From contig NC_087251.1 in NCBI RefSeq assembly GCF_037042905.1, positions 4,466,001 through 4,530,000 of the forward strand: a DNA stretch of 64,000 nucleotides, read 5' to 3'. The notes under the pieces are model-generated. The model searched no databases. It was not told the DNA's origin and saw nothing but the letters and a program-made list of their open reading frames with translations. Position numbers and translations under genes: made by a program. The stretch is from Lytechinus pictus. Taxonomy: Eukaryota. Shown one piece after another: positions 10,287 to 24,527 of the stretch. Positions within the stretch are counted from its first letter, which is position 1, and each line of letters opens with the position of its first letter.

Positions 10287-12539
10287 CTAAGATGTCTGAT
10301 ACGGTGATAATAAGTAATATTTTAGGTTTTATTCATTCGAATTCTAGGTTAGGTTATCATCTTTAGCAACAAAAAAGTGAGTATAGACCATAGAGATGTA
10401 TACTAATTACGTATATCTCTATGGTATAGACCAATGTGATCCTTTAATTTACTCAAATGACTAAACAAGAGGGAGAACAAGGTATACGAGACACAGACAG
10501 GGAAGGCACGATGAATAGAGAGACTTCCGCCTTTAAAGCCAGGCCGGAACGGTGGGTGGTGGATAAAATGACGGTGGTGGAATTTGGATGCACCCCGTGT
10601 AAAAACAAACTCCATATTACGTGAAAATAAAGCAGTGAATTAAATTCGAAGTGATAATCAATTCCCTGGGACGAAACACGAGAGAGCTAACATTGATCGT
10701 TGTCGGATAATACAGCGCTCAATGTTTCAAAATTGGCGTCATTAGATAGAGGTGGAGTATTCCAATGTCTTTCTCTCTCCGACACCCATCCACTTGGACA
10801 TGGCTTGCCTGCAATCTTAGCTTGCCGCTACAGTTCGATGCTCTGTATCTAGTTACGGTCTGCCACTTGTCACAGGTTAGCAATGTAAAGTAGGCTTTAC
10901 CTTACCGGATTACAGGGAATAGGGAGTGGTTGGGTAACCTCCCATGTATGATAATTACGAAGGGCAATAACAGTATCCTATTATGTACCATGCACACCAG
11001 AGAGCAAAACAATAACAAGGATAAAAAGATTGCAAAGTACATGAAAATAATCAAAGAGCAATTTCAAATTGTCTACCTTTCATATGGCCACTTCCCACTT
11101 TTCTTAAGTAAAAATGTCTGGATGTGCCCCTATTTTAGGGAGTAAGACACGATGGCAAGTTGTAGCGACTGATCACCCTTCCAGCAAAACATGTCACCCG
11201 ATGGGTGTATGGCGCCTGAAGGTTGGCTAAGCCGATGCTGTACCTATCACTATCAAGCCTGCAGCTATTATCAACTCTTTGCGTTTCACCGTGGGATTGT
11301 GTTCATGAAACAGAGCCGTGATAGACGATGTTTAAGGGATTGACACTCCCCCTTCAACTTGTTAGGGTTCTGGTTCAAAATGATAGGGAAATCCTACCTC
11401 ATTTCGTTATAGGACGATGATAATGGAAGCTGAATTGCCGCGACGGGCCGTCGAGCTTGTGGGTATTAGGTGAAAGAAATACAGGGATGTATTTCATGAC
11501 CTAGGGCAAGTGATCAAGCAATTACACGAAGCCCCGGGTCCTATACTCCACAGTGCTGACAAGTAAATTAGATATGATAGATTTGAAAGAGAACGTACAT
11601 GTAAGTAAACCAAGATGATCCTATTTCTCATCTATCAATTGTTTTCCACAAACGTTCATTATCTTCCGTCATACTTCAATATCAACGAAAAAGTGAATTT
11701 AAAAAAAAGGTCAAAATATAGGCCAGACAATTGTGGGTTGGTCATGGATTTGATGACTCTTGGTAATGTACGCTAAATAGAGTTAATTCAAATAGTACTA
11801 GGAGGATGGTTATCTTCGGTAGACGAAAATTGATCGCCGGTGACAGATAAATGCGTCAGAACATATCCCCAGAGAACGTGAATGATCATACTTTATCAGT
11901 GGAATTCATGTATGATTTGACGGTATGATAATACTTCATATACAACGACCCATTAATGTGGGTCATTGTAGAAGAGGACTGTACTCCCTCAAAACTGACG
12001 AAAATATACATGTATAAATCAGTCAGCAAATATTTACTCTTGATACATACACATGTAACGATGATTAAAAAAAATAGCAAAAGTATTTCCGTGATTAAAT
12101 TAGCATGTCTAGAATGGTAAAAAAGTAATTTTCTGAGATTTTGTGGACCTTTCCTGCGATCTAGCCCAAACACGATCACAACTTCCGAGAGATGTCAAAT
12201 TAAACATCACTTTTGGACTTTGTTATGATCTAGACCATCATTTCAGGTGGCCATTTTATAAAGAGTACAATCGTGAATAACTTCGCCATTGTACCACCAT
12301 AGAAACTTTGATTTTGTTTGATTGATAGGCCATGTTACTATGATAAATAACATAAAGACAAAGGTGCCACAATCGTAGATCCTGTACGAAACAGGTAATT
12401 AAATCCAGTTACTCTGCTATATCCGATGATTTCTTCCAGAACCGAAAATGAAATCCATATTTCATTGTTCGAATCGAAAATCCGAAAAAACAGCTCCTCT
12501 GAAAATGTAATTTTCCAATTGATCGTGTGCCCGGCAGCA

Positions 12540-12722
12540 ACTGTGCAGCGCCAGATCGACGTTTCTATATCCCTTAAATCGTTAAAAGTCAAAGAGGATA
12601 GCAACAACCCCCATCTTACATGTCTTATAGAATATATTTTGGTCTGCCGCGGTCAGGGCTTAAACTCCGGACCTCCTTGTTGCGAGGCGGACGCTCTACC
12701 ATGCACCTGCACCAACTCACCG
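12540..12722 (-). mobile_element. tRNA-derived SINE fragment
   Basis: Minus strand reads GGTAGAGCGTCCGCCTCGCAACAAGGAGGTCCGGAGTTTAAGCCCTGACCGCGGCAGAC: degenerate A/B-box tRNA-like head followed by non-tRNA body. Confidence 0.6.
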
Positions 12723-12813
12723 TTGCGAAAACCGTGTTTGGAAGTAATGGTTATATTGGTTATATATTGGTGCTGCTGTCTCGCCTTTGTGTACCCCCTA
12801 TATCAATGGTTAA

Positions 12814-13393
12814 AGGGATGGTCCAGGCTGGAAATATTTATATCTCAAGAAATAGAGTAATGCTGAAAATTTGATCAAAATCGGATAACAAATAACGAAG
12901 TTGTTGAATTTTAAAGATTTGCATTTTCCGGTGAAACAGTTCTGGGCATGTCTTCATGAGTATCCATTAGGTGGGCCGATGATGTAATATATCCACGTTT
13001 TCTCTTGTATTGTATTATATGAATTTAGGTTTATTCCAAATTTTTTCTACCAAGAACCAAAACAATTGGATTGACAACTGATTAAGTGCATTAGTTATTC
13101 ATTGCCCCCAACTTTTTTATCATAATTGAGACACATCATTTACAAATGTATGAAAAATTGACACAATTATAATTTCATGTAATAACTTAAGAAAAAGAAA
13201 AGTGGGGATATGACATCACCAGCCCACCTAATGAATATTCATGACGATGTGCATATAACTGTTTTCACAAAATATTGATAAACTTTAAAATTCAATAACT
13301 TTGTTATTCGATTTTAATAAAATTGTCAGCATTTTGCTGTGTGAATTTTACTCTATTTATTTAGGTATAAATATTTTTAGCCCGGACCATCCT
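12814..13393. mobile_element. 580-bp Kolobok-like MITE (family D)
   Basis: TTAA|AGGGATGGTCCAGGCT...AGCCCGGACCATCCT|TTAA; subterminal AAATTTGATCAAAATCGG module. Its right part is repeated (second right end at 14234). Confidence 0.85.
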
Positions 13394-14610
13394 TTAAGAA
13401 ATATGTTAGTACCATTGGAGCAAAGTGTTTCTTTTGTTTCGTTGATAAAGTAATAAATGTTGAAATAAATTCCATGGCAGGGGCCGCGGAACGGGTTTGA
13501 AAGTGGTGGGGATGATCATGTTAAATAAAATCACAATTAGGGCTTGTGTATGCTTCCAGTGAGGTGAAAATCTGCGGGCATATATACATTCGCATGGTTC
13601 TAACAGGGACTTACCTCAACGGAATTACCTCTCATCTCCTTGGTTCTAATCATGACCAATGTACATTTGTATGTGTGATTATTAAGTTAAGTACTATCAC
13701 TATTACTACTCATCTGGAAGAGGTCTGAAGCCATTCCGGATCCTGGTATGCCCGCGTGGTCATTATAAATGGTGAAACAGTTCTGGGCATGTCTTCATGA
13801 GTATCCATTAGGTGGGCCGATGATGTAATATATCCACGTTTTCTCTTGTATTGTATTATATGAATTTAGGTTTATTCCAAATTTTTTCTACCAAGAACCA
13901 AAACAATTGGATTGACAACTGATTAAGTGCATTAGTTATTCATTACCCCCAACTTTTTTATCATAATTGAGACACATCATTTACAAATGTATGAAAAATT
14001 GACACAATTATAATTTCATGTAATAACTTAAGAAAAAGAAAAGTGGGGATATGACATCACCAGCCCACCTAATGAATATTCATGACGATGTGCATATAAC
14101 TGTTTTCACAAAATATTGATAAACTTTAAAATTCAATAACTTTGTTATTCGATTTTAATAAAATTGTCAGCATTTTGCTGTGTGAATTTTACTCTATTTA
14201 TTTAGGTATAAATATTTTTAGCCCGGACCATCCTTTAAGAAATATGTTAGTACCATTGGAGCAAAGTGTTTCTTTTGTTTCGTTGATAAAGTAATAAATG
14301 TTGAAATAAATTCCATGGCAGGGGCCGCGGAACGGGTTTGAAAGTGGTGGGGATGATCATGTTAAATAAAATCACAATTAGGGCTTGTGTATGCTTCCGG
14401 TGAGGTGAAAATCTGCGGGCATATATACATTCGCATGGTTCTAACAGGGACTTACCTCAACGGAATTACCTCTCATCTCCTTGGTTCTAATCATGACCAA
14501 TGTACATTTGTATGTGTGATTATTAAGTTAAGTACTATCACTATTACTACTCATCTGGAAGAGGTCTGAAGCCATTCCGGATCCTGGTATGCCCGCGTGG
14601 TCATTATAAA
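12930..14610 (+). repeat. Direct tandem duplication, 2 x 840 bp (12930-13769 and 13771-14610)
   Basis: Period 841; only two substitutions noticed (ATTGCCCC/ATTACCCC, CTTCCAGT/CTTCCGGT); single T at the junction. Confidence 0.95.
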
Positions 14611-15845
14611 CAAGACAATCTGCTATTGAAGTTAGTATTCACTTTTTTTTCGGCCATGCACGATAAAGAAGAGTCCATTATGATGTATACTGGGACCTAT
14701 CCCTTTGAATGAAAAAATACTCGGAAAAGAAGTATGATTGATTGATCGTTTAATTATTTTCTGATCTTGATACCAATATCATGATTATGAGAGAAACCCA
14801 TTCAAGTTGATACAAATCCAAGCCCCGAGCAATCTGCTACGTTCTCACCGAAATCTCAATCTAAACGTAAGCATTTTATTGATCCGTGTCATCGAATTGC
14901 CTCAATACACATACAGAAATTGATCCGTATATGAGCTTACAATTTTCATTTCGGTATTTACCTTGATTTTCATTCAGTGATGACTGAATATATTTTGAAA
15001 AGAAAAACAGAGCGTGCCATTGATCATCACTTCAGTGTTTTGTTTTGATTTCATTCATAGTGTTGTTCACACAATAAATAACGAGCAAGTGCAAAATAAT
15101 CTTGGCATTCCTTTGATCACTTGTAGAATCATCCCGGGATAACCAAAAGAGTGAATGCAGTGTGCTTACGTTCACATACTGAAGGAGATGACGACATTAT
15201 TAATAGTTTTCATCTAATACCGCTGTGTCCTAACAAATAATTTATCCTAAGGGGAAAAAAGAATATTCTGAAGAAGCCATGAAAAGAAGTGATGGGTAAA
15301 TTTGGTTTTGATTATACGAGTAACCCTCTCCCACAAGCATTATTCAATATTGAAAACAAAAAATTACCGTATCTATGTATTAATGAGATCCGATGCTCAA
15401 TCCCTTGATGGTTTAGGCCTACTTTCATGAGGTTATCACTCCCTCTTTCAGTAGAAATTGATTTGGAGATGGAAATCTCCATGTTCACAGTGTCTGATAG
15501 GGTGAGATGATGGTCAATAGGGTTCACTAAAGATTACTGTGATGGATGGCTGTCTTCGACTTCATGGGATTTGACGCTCTTGATTATTAATGGTTTTATC
15601 TAACAAATCATAGCGATGAAGAGCCTGTCATAAGGGCGTCGTCAATGGAAGGAAGATGAAGTGCCCATATGGTCCTCTCTTCATATCGTCATGATGGGTA
15701 GTCTTATCTCCCGATAAATATTTGCACTCTATTAAATCATCTTTATTTGTCTGCCTACTATATTATATGAAAACATAATGAGACGCTCATGAACTATTCA
15801 GGGATTGACTATGATGTAGGTTGTTACGTCATGTGTGTTATTTAA

Positions 15846-16161
15846 AGGTCATGGTCAAGTACACCCCATAAAAATGTTGATTTTAATCAATAGAGGAATA
15901 TTTATTAAAACAAGCACAACGCTGTAAATTTCATCAAAATCGGATGTAAAATAAGAAAGTTTTGACGTTTTAAAGTTTTTTTTTTCACAAAACAGTTATA
16001 TGCACAACTCGGTGATATGCAAATTATTATTCTTAATATTATTATTAAAAATGTCATAACTTTATTGTCTTACATCCGATTTTGATGATATTTTCAGCGT
16101 TATGCTAGTTTGATTTTTCTCTTTTATTCAAATCAACTATTTGCTGGGGTGGACTTGTCCT
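15846..16161. mobile_element. Family C Kolobok-like MITE, internally deleted
   Basis: TTAA|AGGTCA...CAAGTACACCCC...GGGGTGGACTTGTCCT|TTAA; shares AAATTTCATCAAAATCGGATGTAAAATAAGAAAGT. Confidence 0.85.
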
Positions 16162-16205
16162 TTAACGAATATTAATGATGAAATGAGAGTTATGAAGTAG
16201 AACTA

Positions 16206-16486
16206 CACTGTTAAAAAAACTGATTTTACAGAAAAAGAAGAAGATTTTGCAGAAAGCAATAACAGAATCATTCTGTAAATTAATAAAACAGGATTTTTTT
16301 CTGCAATTTAACAGAACAGGTCTGTTTAAAAAGGGGAAAAGGCTGTTTTATTCAAGGAAATTTGTAAGATTCCATGCACCAAATACCAATTTCCTGTAAG
16401 ATTACGCAATCTGGTAAGATTACAGGTGTTCTCGAGACTCTGCTGCAGGAACTTCTTTTATTTTAGGGATAAATTTTCTAACAGTG
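16206..16486. mobile_element. CACT...AGTG MITE with TA flanks (EnSpm/CACTA-like)
   Basis: TA|CACTGTTAAAAAA...TTTTCTAACAGTG|TA; internal TTTACAG/CTGTAA subrepeats. Confidence 0.75.
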
Positions 16487-16833
16487 TAGATGAGAGTTTG
16501 TTTCTTAAAAAATGATGAAGACGATACAAAAACATTCATTTATTTTGCCAAGAAACAAAGGGATTATACAGTTATGTTTTTTTTTTGTAATTGGTGAAAC
16601 TACGCGGATGAGGGGGCACCAATGAAACCTTTCTTTTTTCTGAAAACACCTGATTTCTCTCTTAATAATCAATATTTGAATTTGAGTGTTACCTCAACCT
16701 ACACTTTGATTTCCTACACTGCTTTGGGCACTAAGATTATGATCACAAATATTTGTATTGCAAGTAAGTTATTTTTTTATGCGAATGCGGGCATAGTTTA
16801 TAAATGCAATGAAAATCGTTATCTTTCTCTTAA

Positions 16834-17546
16834 CCCTATTAGGACTGGACTAATTCAGCACCCCTCGACATTTTCGCGATAAATCCGCTGCGCATTTTTT
16901 TTACGTTTTACTTTTAAGTCTCACGCAACTTTTAAAACCTAAATCACGACCCCCGGTACGCGTTTTTGAAATTATGTAACATTTCGTAAGTCCATGCAGT
17001 CCCAAAATTGCTCAAAAACGCGAATTCGTGTACAAATCCAATACAAAATAGTGTTTTTAGCCAAAATTCATTAATGTATAATCATTTTTCCTTTTACTGA
17101 TTAAACTCAACTAATTTCATCTTGTCTATGGTCAAAGTACAGTCCCCGACGATTTCCATTGATAGAAACAATAAAAAACAAAAAACAAAGAAATGCATAA
17201 GAAATTTAGAAAAAGGAATAAAATACATAAGATTAAAAGGAGATGTTGAAATTTGTTAGGGTACATTTGATCAGATTCCTATAAAGAGTCTGTGAATCAA
17301 AATTAGCATTTTAGGGACATTTAGATATTAAGAGCAAACTTATGATTTTACGCAAAAATTAGCATGATTAATTAGAAATGAGATTTTTCGCAGAATTTGA
17401 TCTTATTGTTTTGTAGATTATGTCATGGGTAACGCGCATGCCAATTTTCGTCGCGATCGCACGTTCGACGGCCGAGATCATAAGGGGGGAGCTGAATCAG
17501 CCCCCAATCTTCTTAGGCGTCGAAATAAAGCCCAGTCTATTCATGG
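16834..17546. mobile_element. piggyBac-like MITE (degenerate right end)
   Basis: TTAA|CCCTATTAGGACTGGACT at the left; AGCCCAGTCTATTCATGG|TTAG at the right. Confidence 0.6.
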
Positions 17547-18922
17547 TTAGTTAAAATAAAAGATTCAGCGGTTTACGTTGGGATTTAAATGCTTTATAAT
17601 TGGCAGAATAATTGAAAATTACATATCCTTCACAAAAATATAATGTTATTGCATTTTTTTTATTTGATATATTTTATCTACTGTCGAGAGTAAAAGGGCA
17701 CCCATAAAACACCATTAATAAAGTTCACGACGAAATGGCTTAGATATCATGATCTCATTTCAGATATTTCACTCTCGTTCATACATTTGTCCAATTCCTC
17801 CTAAGCTGTACAGTCCGGACTATTTTGATTTTTTTTTCGCGCGGATGAATTTATTCCCATTAACTTGTCATTCTAATCTATAGATTCTACAGCCGTTTTA
17901 TGTGTCGCGCTTTCATTCCTTTGCTCGCACTTCGCCATGTTTGAGAATGCAACTTAATTGTAACAGGTGATTTAATACATCGAGTGTAACAGCGTGTCAG
18001 GGGACTGAGAAATACAAGCCAACTCTCTTTATGCAGTCAGATGGTTGGATTCAACCCACACATTATGTGATTGTAAAGAGTACCAATAACCCAATTACCC
18101 ACAATCATAATTCTACACTATGCAAACCTTTGTTGAGTGATAGTAAATGGGGCCACTTGTGCACGTTCTCACGTCCCTCAACGCACGCACGCAGGGAAGA
18201 AGCCGCCAAGTTTGCACACCTGTGCTTTGTTAGTAGGACGTGGTTTAGTATGGATGAAGGTTGGCATGGGAGGAGTGGCTCCCATTTCGATCAAGGTGAA
18301 GTGCAATAATACCTGTCCTGTTTTTAACTACCCGCCATTGAACGCAAAAAAAAATGTAAATAAATAATAATCATGTACATAAATACAATGGATATATTAT
18401 TTTGTTACCTTGTGTTCTAAAGAAATTACTTTTTCGAATGAATTTCCATTACGCCCGAACAAAGGTTACTGAAAAAACAAATTACTTGTGTATGAATGAT
18501 ATAGAGATGAAATATTCATTCAAGTCCTTTTAGCAATTCATTTTGAATTAAATAATGGGGTTGATTTCCTAATCCCTAGAATTAGTAATGAGAAAACTTT
18601 GCGGCTTTCTTTCTGACTATTCGTTAAGTTTGATAATAGAAGATTGATGGAACGCTTTCTCAGCAAGATACGTAGACTGATCAACCAAACACATCATCAC
18701 TTGAATTTTGAAAGAATGAGAATGAAAAGGGAATCAATTATTGCATATATTTCATTATGAGTCAAAACTCTGATGACATAAGAGCATTTAGGTGCTCCGT
18801 GTAAGAATGTGTGGGGTATATGAGGGTGTGTGAGAGGGAGAGTATTGTGGATGTGCGTGCGTGTGTGCCTCAGCTAACGTTAGTTCAAGATTCAGCTTCC
18901 TTAGAAGAGACCCTTTTGTAGC

Positions 18923-19070
18923 TATAATAATAATAATAATAATGATAATAATAATATATGGTATATTTACCCAGGGTAGCGACTTCAGTTCCGAAACTGT
19001 TGTCCAAGCGGGCCCTGTTATTATTATTACCCAGCTAAGCTAGGCTACCTATTCAGGTGCACACAGCTTT
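18923..19070 (-). mobile_element. 3' end fragment of a retroposon with (TAT)n tail
   Basis: (ATA)n run at 18923-18955 abutting TTTACCCAGGGTAGCGACTTCAG...GCGGGCCCTG...ATTATTACCC, a typical SINE/LINE tail layout; family not verified. Confidence 0.5.
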
Positions 19071-20796
19071 GGGTAGAAAATTGCGAGGTTTTTTTTCCTT
19101 AATACAGTACATGCATGTTCTAAAGATCTCTATTACCGGACTACTAGTGCATCAAAAAAAAAAAAAAAATCATAAATGATAATGAATCGTGTGGAATATG
19201 AAACTTCTTGCGTTCCGTAACCAACTTTTCATCATGATTTCGTCATAAAACTGAAAGCCCAGATGTTAGTTCTATCCCGTGCCGTGAAAGCTGGCATAAT
19301 TTTTAATGACTTTTCTATTTTCAGTTTTCGTGTAAACTACAATTCAAAACTACCTCGTGAGTCCCTTTTCACACACGTACACTTTGATACATTGACGACA
19401 AAAGAAGATTGAGGAGTAGTGGCAGGAGAAATTAGAGATGGATTTGGGATGAGGGAGAAGATATATAAAATCATGGTAAAACACAGAATTGTAGTCCGAA
19501 TAGCAAGAAAATGAATAACAGTGTTATGACAAATCCGATAACACACACAATATAGATAAGAGAAAGAAAACCAGCAACACTCTATTATTATCATGTAAGA
19601 ATTATTATTGTGAATTTCATGATTCTATTTTGGTTTAAAAATATGGTATAAGGTCAGGTCTGGTAACGAAAGTGAAAGAGAATGCAAGGAAATGTATTCA
19701 AGATTTAATCACTCTTTCGTGACTTTGTGTATCGCAAACTGTTCAGCATACTAAATCTCAGCGTATTCACCAAAGTGAGATCAGGACAAAGTGTAACTTT
19801 ATATACATTGAATGAGGTTGCAGAATAAATAACACTGTAACACACTGTGTTTGTATTGTGAGACAACAGCATCAAAATATTTTGCATTAATGTGGAGAAG
19901 ATGAAGATAAGCGGGGGAACACGAGATATGATTTATATATTTAAAAATGATCTCGTGAATTCATAATGGAAAAGAAAAGAATAGGAATGAGTAAACTTGG
20001 TGAAATTAGAAGTCTAGGCTGAAACGAAGCATTAAAAGGCAACGGTCATGTTCAATCTTCATAAATCCTCTTGTAGGAATATCACTTATCACTCGGGTTG
20101 AGTTTATAGGGATCAGTGAGGATGATTGATTATTGAAGTCCACGTCTAAGCTACATACAAACATTGATTTCTACCCATATCCACTAGAGGAATATCTCTC
20201 TTTTTAAAGACCATTGTAAACGAGTCCTTTCGTCTCGGAATTTTTTTTAAATACAAATCCTCGCCGACTTTAGCAACAGAAATTGTATCTCATAAGGCAC
20301 AAAGCATATTCAATGCCATATATGTTAGTGGTGATTTAGGTAGCTAGATTTTGATCACTAACAATGCTACATTGACATTTCAAAGTATAGAAATTATACA
20401 TCCTGAAAATCATCTTTTGCATTGATTGTAAGAAATAACATGGGCTATGTTTATAAGAATTAAAGACATAAATTTATTTATTTAAAACGGTTTAGTGCAA
20501 CAAGGCTATCTATAGCGGCTGAAAAGCCGAATCGCATAACCCTTTACAAACATTTACATAACAATACATTCAACATCAAATAAAATTTACACGAATTCTA
20601 CATCATAAGAAACATTAAAATACATTGGAAGGCTGTTTATCATGTTGGGGACGCATGTATTAAATTATGACATGCATCCCCATGATGATAAACCGAAATT
20701 GAAAATACATACGGCCAAATAAAAAAACAATGACTTCTAACTTACCAGAAATTAGCACGGAAGAGAGGGGAATAAAGAAAAGGGGAAAAAAAAAGA

Positions 20797-20834
20797 GAGG
20801 AAGAGAGAGAGAGAGGGTGTGTGTGTGTGTGTGT
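20797..20834. repeat. Compound (GA)n-(GT)n microsatellite
   Basis: Direct reading. Confidence 0.9.
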
Positions 20835-20949
20835 GAGTGTAACAATGAGAATTTCTATTATCACAGATCCTGGTAAATTTGAATGGATCACTATAAGGTG
20901 TACATTATTGGAGTTAGGTGGCCGCAATGAGATGAAGCATACAATACAT

Positions 20950-21166
20950 TCAATTCAATTTAATTCATTTATTTCCTCTTTAAATCTTTTTACATTTACA
21001 ATGATAGTTCAATATACATATTTACAAAATGTAACATTTAAATCATTTTTTATAATACAATAAAATCGAAAGGGAAGGAGACCAACTAAAAAGCAGAGCT
21101 TGAGGGTGAAGGCCCCCTTTTATAAGTACACTTTATGAATAAAAAATAATATCAAATAAAGAAATA

Positions 21167-21229
<63 letters not shown>

Positions 21230-21319
21230 GCAAAGTGGTAATGCATTGTACTTAGTACAATGCATTACCACTTTGCCTCATTAATATCTTCTATGTCCAA
21301 CACGCGGAACGTAATATCG

Positions 21320-21374
<55 letters not shown>

Positions 21375-23490
21375 ATGAATAAGAAATAAACAAATAAAAA
21401 TAAAAATAAATAATAATGAAAATAAATGATTCAGTATACACTGTATACAGAAATCATATAACGATTACACATATATACATAGAGAAATTAATAAACACAT
21501 TTACATATTAAGTTCTGAATTACATTACTTTGGGAAAAAAACGATAATCTAATATGAATTCAGAAGATATTTTTGAAGTTTTCCTTTGAAATTTTGTATT
21601 GAATTACATTGTATAATATCCTTTGAAAAAGAATTCCATAATTTTGGACCAGTAAAAACAAATGTCTTCTGTGCAAACGATGTTCTATTCAGAGGTAAAT
21701 GAAAGGAACTCGCCAGGCGAGTGAAGTGCTTATGAATTGTATCATTTTTTACAAACATAATTATCATTAAAAGGTAGCGGTAATTGTTTATTGATAAACT
21801 TGTACATTAACTGTCCGAGTTGAAAAGAATATGAATCTTTAACCTTCAAGACGTTATTTCTCAAAAACAGAATATTTGTAAGTGCCCTGAATTCTGCATG
21901 ACTAATAATACGAATCACTCTTTTTTGTAATATAAAAGTCTATTGATTTGAGAATTCGCTGCGTTACCCCATGCAACAACTCCGTAATTCAAGTATGGTA
22001 AAATTAACGTTGAATATAATGATAACAAAATATAATGGGGTAAGAAGTGACTTAATTTTCTAATGACACCAATGTTGCGAGCAATGATTTTACAAATATT
22101 ATCCACATGATCAATATGTGATTTCCAAGAAAGTTTTTCATCAATGATCAGTCCCAAAAAATTAGTAGATCGCAATCTTTAAATGACAGTATCATTCAAA
22201 ATTACATCTTTTGGTACAGTCGTAATCTTGTTGCTAAATAGCATGTAGCTAGTTTTTTCTAGGTTAAGAGAGAGTTTGTTAGCTGTTATCCAATTCGAAA
22301 CATTTTTTAGTTCGTCATTGAATATTTGCGTCTATTGCTCTGGGTCGGGGTCGGGGTGCGACAGAAATATATTAGAGTCATCAGCGAAAATTATAAATGG
22401 AAGCAATCTAGATGACATATCAATATCATTTATATAAGTAATGAACAAAAGTGGGCCAAGAATGCTGCCATGTGGAACTCCACAAAGGACAGGTTTACGT
22501 TCAGAAATATTACAATCAAGTGAAACGAAATGCGAACGCCCGGTTAGATAATCCTTGAACCACCTAGTGGTTCCCCTCTAATTCCATAATGAGAAAGTTT
22601 ATAAAGGAGAATGTTATGATCAACTGTATCGAATGCTTTTGAAAAATCTAAAAACAAACCAATCGTATTCGAAGACTTGTCATAAGCTTTGGCAACTGTT
22701 TGAACTAAAGAAAGTATTGCATGGGAAGTGTTAATCTTTTCCCGGAAACCAAATTGAGTATCGGATAGTATGTTGTGCTTTAAAAAAAACCATATGGTTC
22801 GTATATGAACCAATTTTTCAAGAATTTTAGATAAGTTTGTAAGCAATGAAATTGGTCTGTATTATCTTAGAAATTTTCATTGATTTTGGAAATATTTCCC
22901 GATGATAAATGACAAATTGAATATATAAATAAGAGGGTCAATTATATAATTCATAGTTTTCTGTAAAAGGTTGTTATCAATGTTATCAAATCCTGCACTT
23001 TTATTTAATTTTAGGCCATATATAATTCTAATTATCTCCTGTGCGTTCGTAGGAGAGAAAAACATATAACTTTGATTTCTATCCCCCAGATATTGATGAA
23101 ATGAACGGGAGTTTGATAGTATACTTCTCATGCTTCTAGAGAGGTTAAATTCAACTTGTGAAAAATAATTGTTGAAAATATTTGCCATCTGAACTTTATC
23201 TTCAATAATAGAATCATTATGCATAAGCTTAGTTATCTTTGAAAACTTTGGTCCATTATTGATGGTAGAATTGATCAATTTCCATGTTTTTTTTAGATCA
23301 TTCTTGCATTGATTAAATTGATCATGGAAATATGCCTTTTGAGCAGTACGGACGACCCCTGTTAGTATATTCTTATAATTAGTATATTGGCCCCGAGTAT
23401 TCTCAGTTAATCTTGATATATATTAATAGTATAATCGATTTTTTTCTATTTATCGAACGAAGAATTGGATTCGTTATCCAAGGTAACAAT
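20950..23490 (-). mobile_element. 5'-truncated, frameshifted L2/CR1-group LINE (reverse transcriptase pseudogene)
   Basis: Minus-strand fragments LPWITNPILRSINRKN, KSAGFDNI, LSKILEKLV, QFGFRE, FLDFSKAFDTVDH, GVPHGSILGPLLF, FADDS, FLGLIIDEKLSWKSHI, GPKLWNS; 3' UTR with AATAAA and (TTGAA)-like tail near 20950. Confidence 0.93.
21173..21370. repeat. (AT)n microsatellite split by a ~95-bp insert containing a perfect hairpin
   Basis: (AT)n 21173-21226 and 21322-21370; 28-bp perfect arms 21225-21252 and 21254-21281. Confidence 0.95.
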
Positions 23491-24527
23491 ACACTTAAAA
23501 CATCATGATATAAATTAACATAAATACGGATAGTACATGCATTTAGAGATCAAACTGTGTTTTAAAGTTGTAAAAAAATCAGACAGATTAATTCATAATT
23601 CATATCTGAATGGCAAAATTCGTTTTTATTTCCAGTATTAACATGATTCAAATAACGAAATAATTAGTTCATCATCTTAAAATGTTTAGAAAAAAGCAAA
23701 AGACAGGGAGAAGAAAATAAAATAAAAAATAAATTAGAAAGAGAGAGATATTGAGCGAAAATATAAGAGAGAGAAAGGGAGGGAAAGAGGGAGAAAAGTA
23801 ATGAGGTGAATTGAGGTAGCAAAAAAGAAGGTAGACAAAAAGAGAGATAAAGAGAGATCCTAATAAAATTTGACATTTAATAAACAGCATAATTCCAGAC
23901 ATGTAAAGGAACCTACATCTACATAGGCCTGTGAAATTGATCTCATACAAAAACATTGTATTTCCATTTTCAAATAGTAAAGGCATAATCACATAGGCTT
24001 TATATTTATATACAAATCTTTTTATGTGAATTTCATTTCTTCTACTTCTTTGAAAATATATATTTCTCTGAGGTAGCAGTCCTCTATTTGTCCGAAGGGA
24101 ATAGTGTCACGTGTATGTATTCATTCCTTTATCCATGGAGCTATCTTAGGATAATGCATAGATGGGGGAAATGACCATAGATGAATCAAAGTATTAGCCT
24201 CATTTTTGGGGCTGTTATCAGCCGATCTTCTCTTCTTGACATGGTTGCGATCAGCTAGAATACATCTCATGGAGGTTCACACATAAAGATGAAAATGTAT
24301 TGTTAAAAAGAGAAGAAAATGGCGAATAACGTGTCAAAGATGTATACTAATTATGCTCAAGTGGGAACCCAATCTCGCTTTGAGACATTTCATTGAATTA
24401 TTGTACTTAGATATCGACATGAATTAACAATATCCAAATCAAATATCACATTAAGGTGTGTGTGTGTGATTGCGTATAGGCAGAATATTTTTTTTTAATT
24501 GTCGTTTTATTATCTGTGTATTTACAG

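Noticed and set aside
12640..12722. tRNA gene
   Set aside because: Degenerate boxes, no full cloverleaf, continues into a SINE-like body.
12426..14569. 144-aa ORF and two near-identical 60-aa ORFs
   Set aside because: They span SINE/MITE sequence and the tandem duplication; no recognisable domain.
19325..19356. Possible 32-nt GPCR micro-exon (TTTTCAG|...|GTGAGT)
   Set aside because: Splice-like sites only; the frame needed to end in phase 0 contains a stop.
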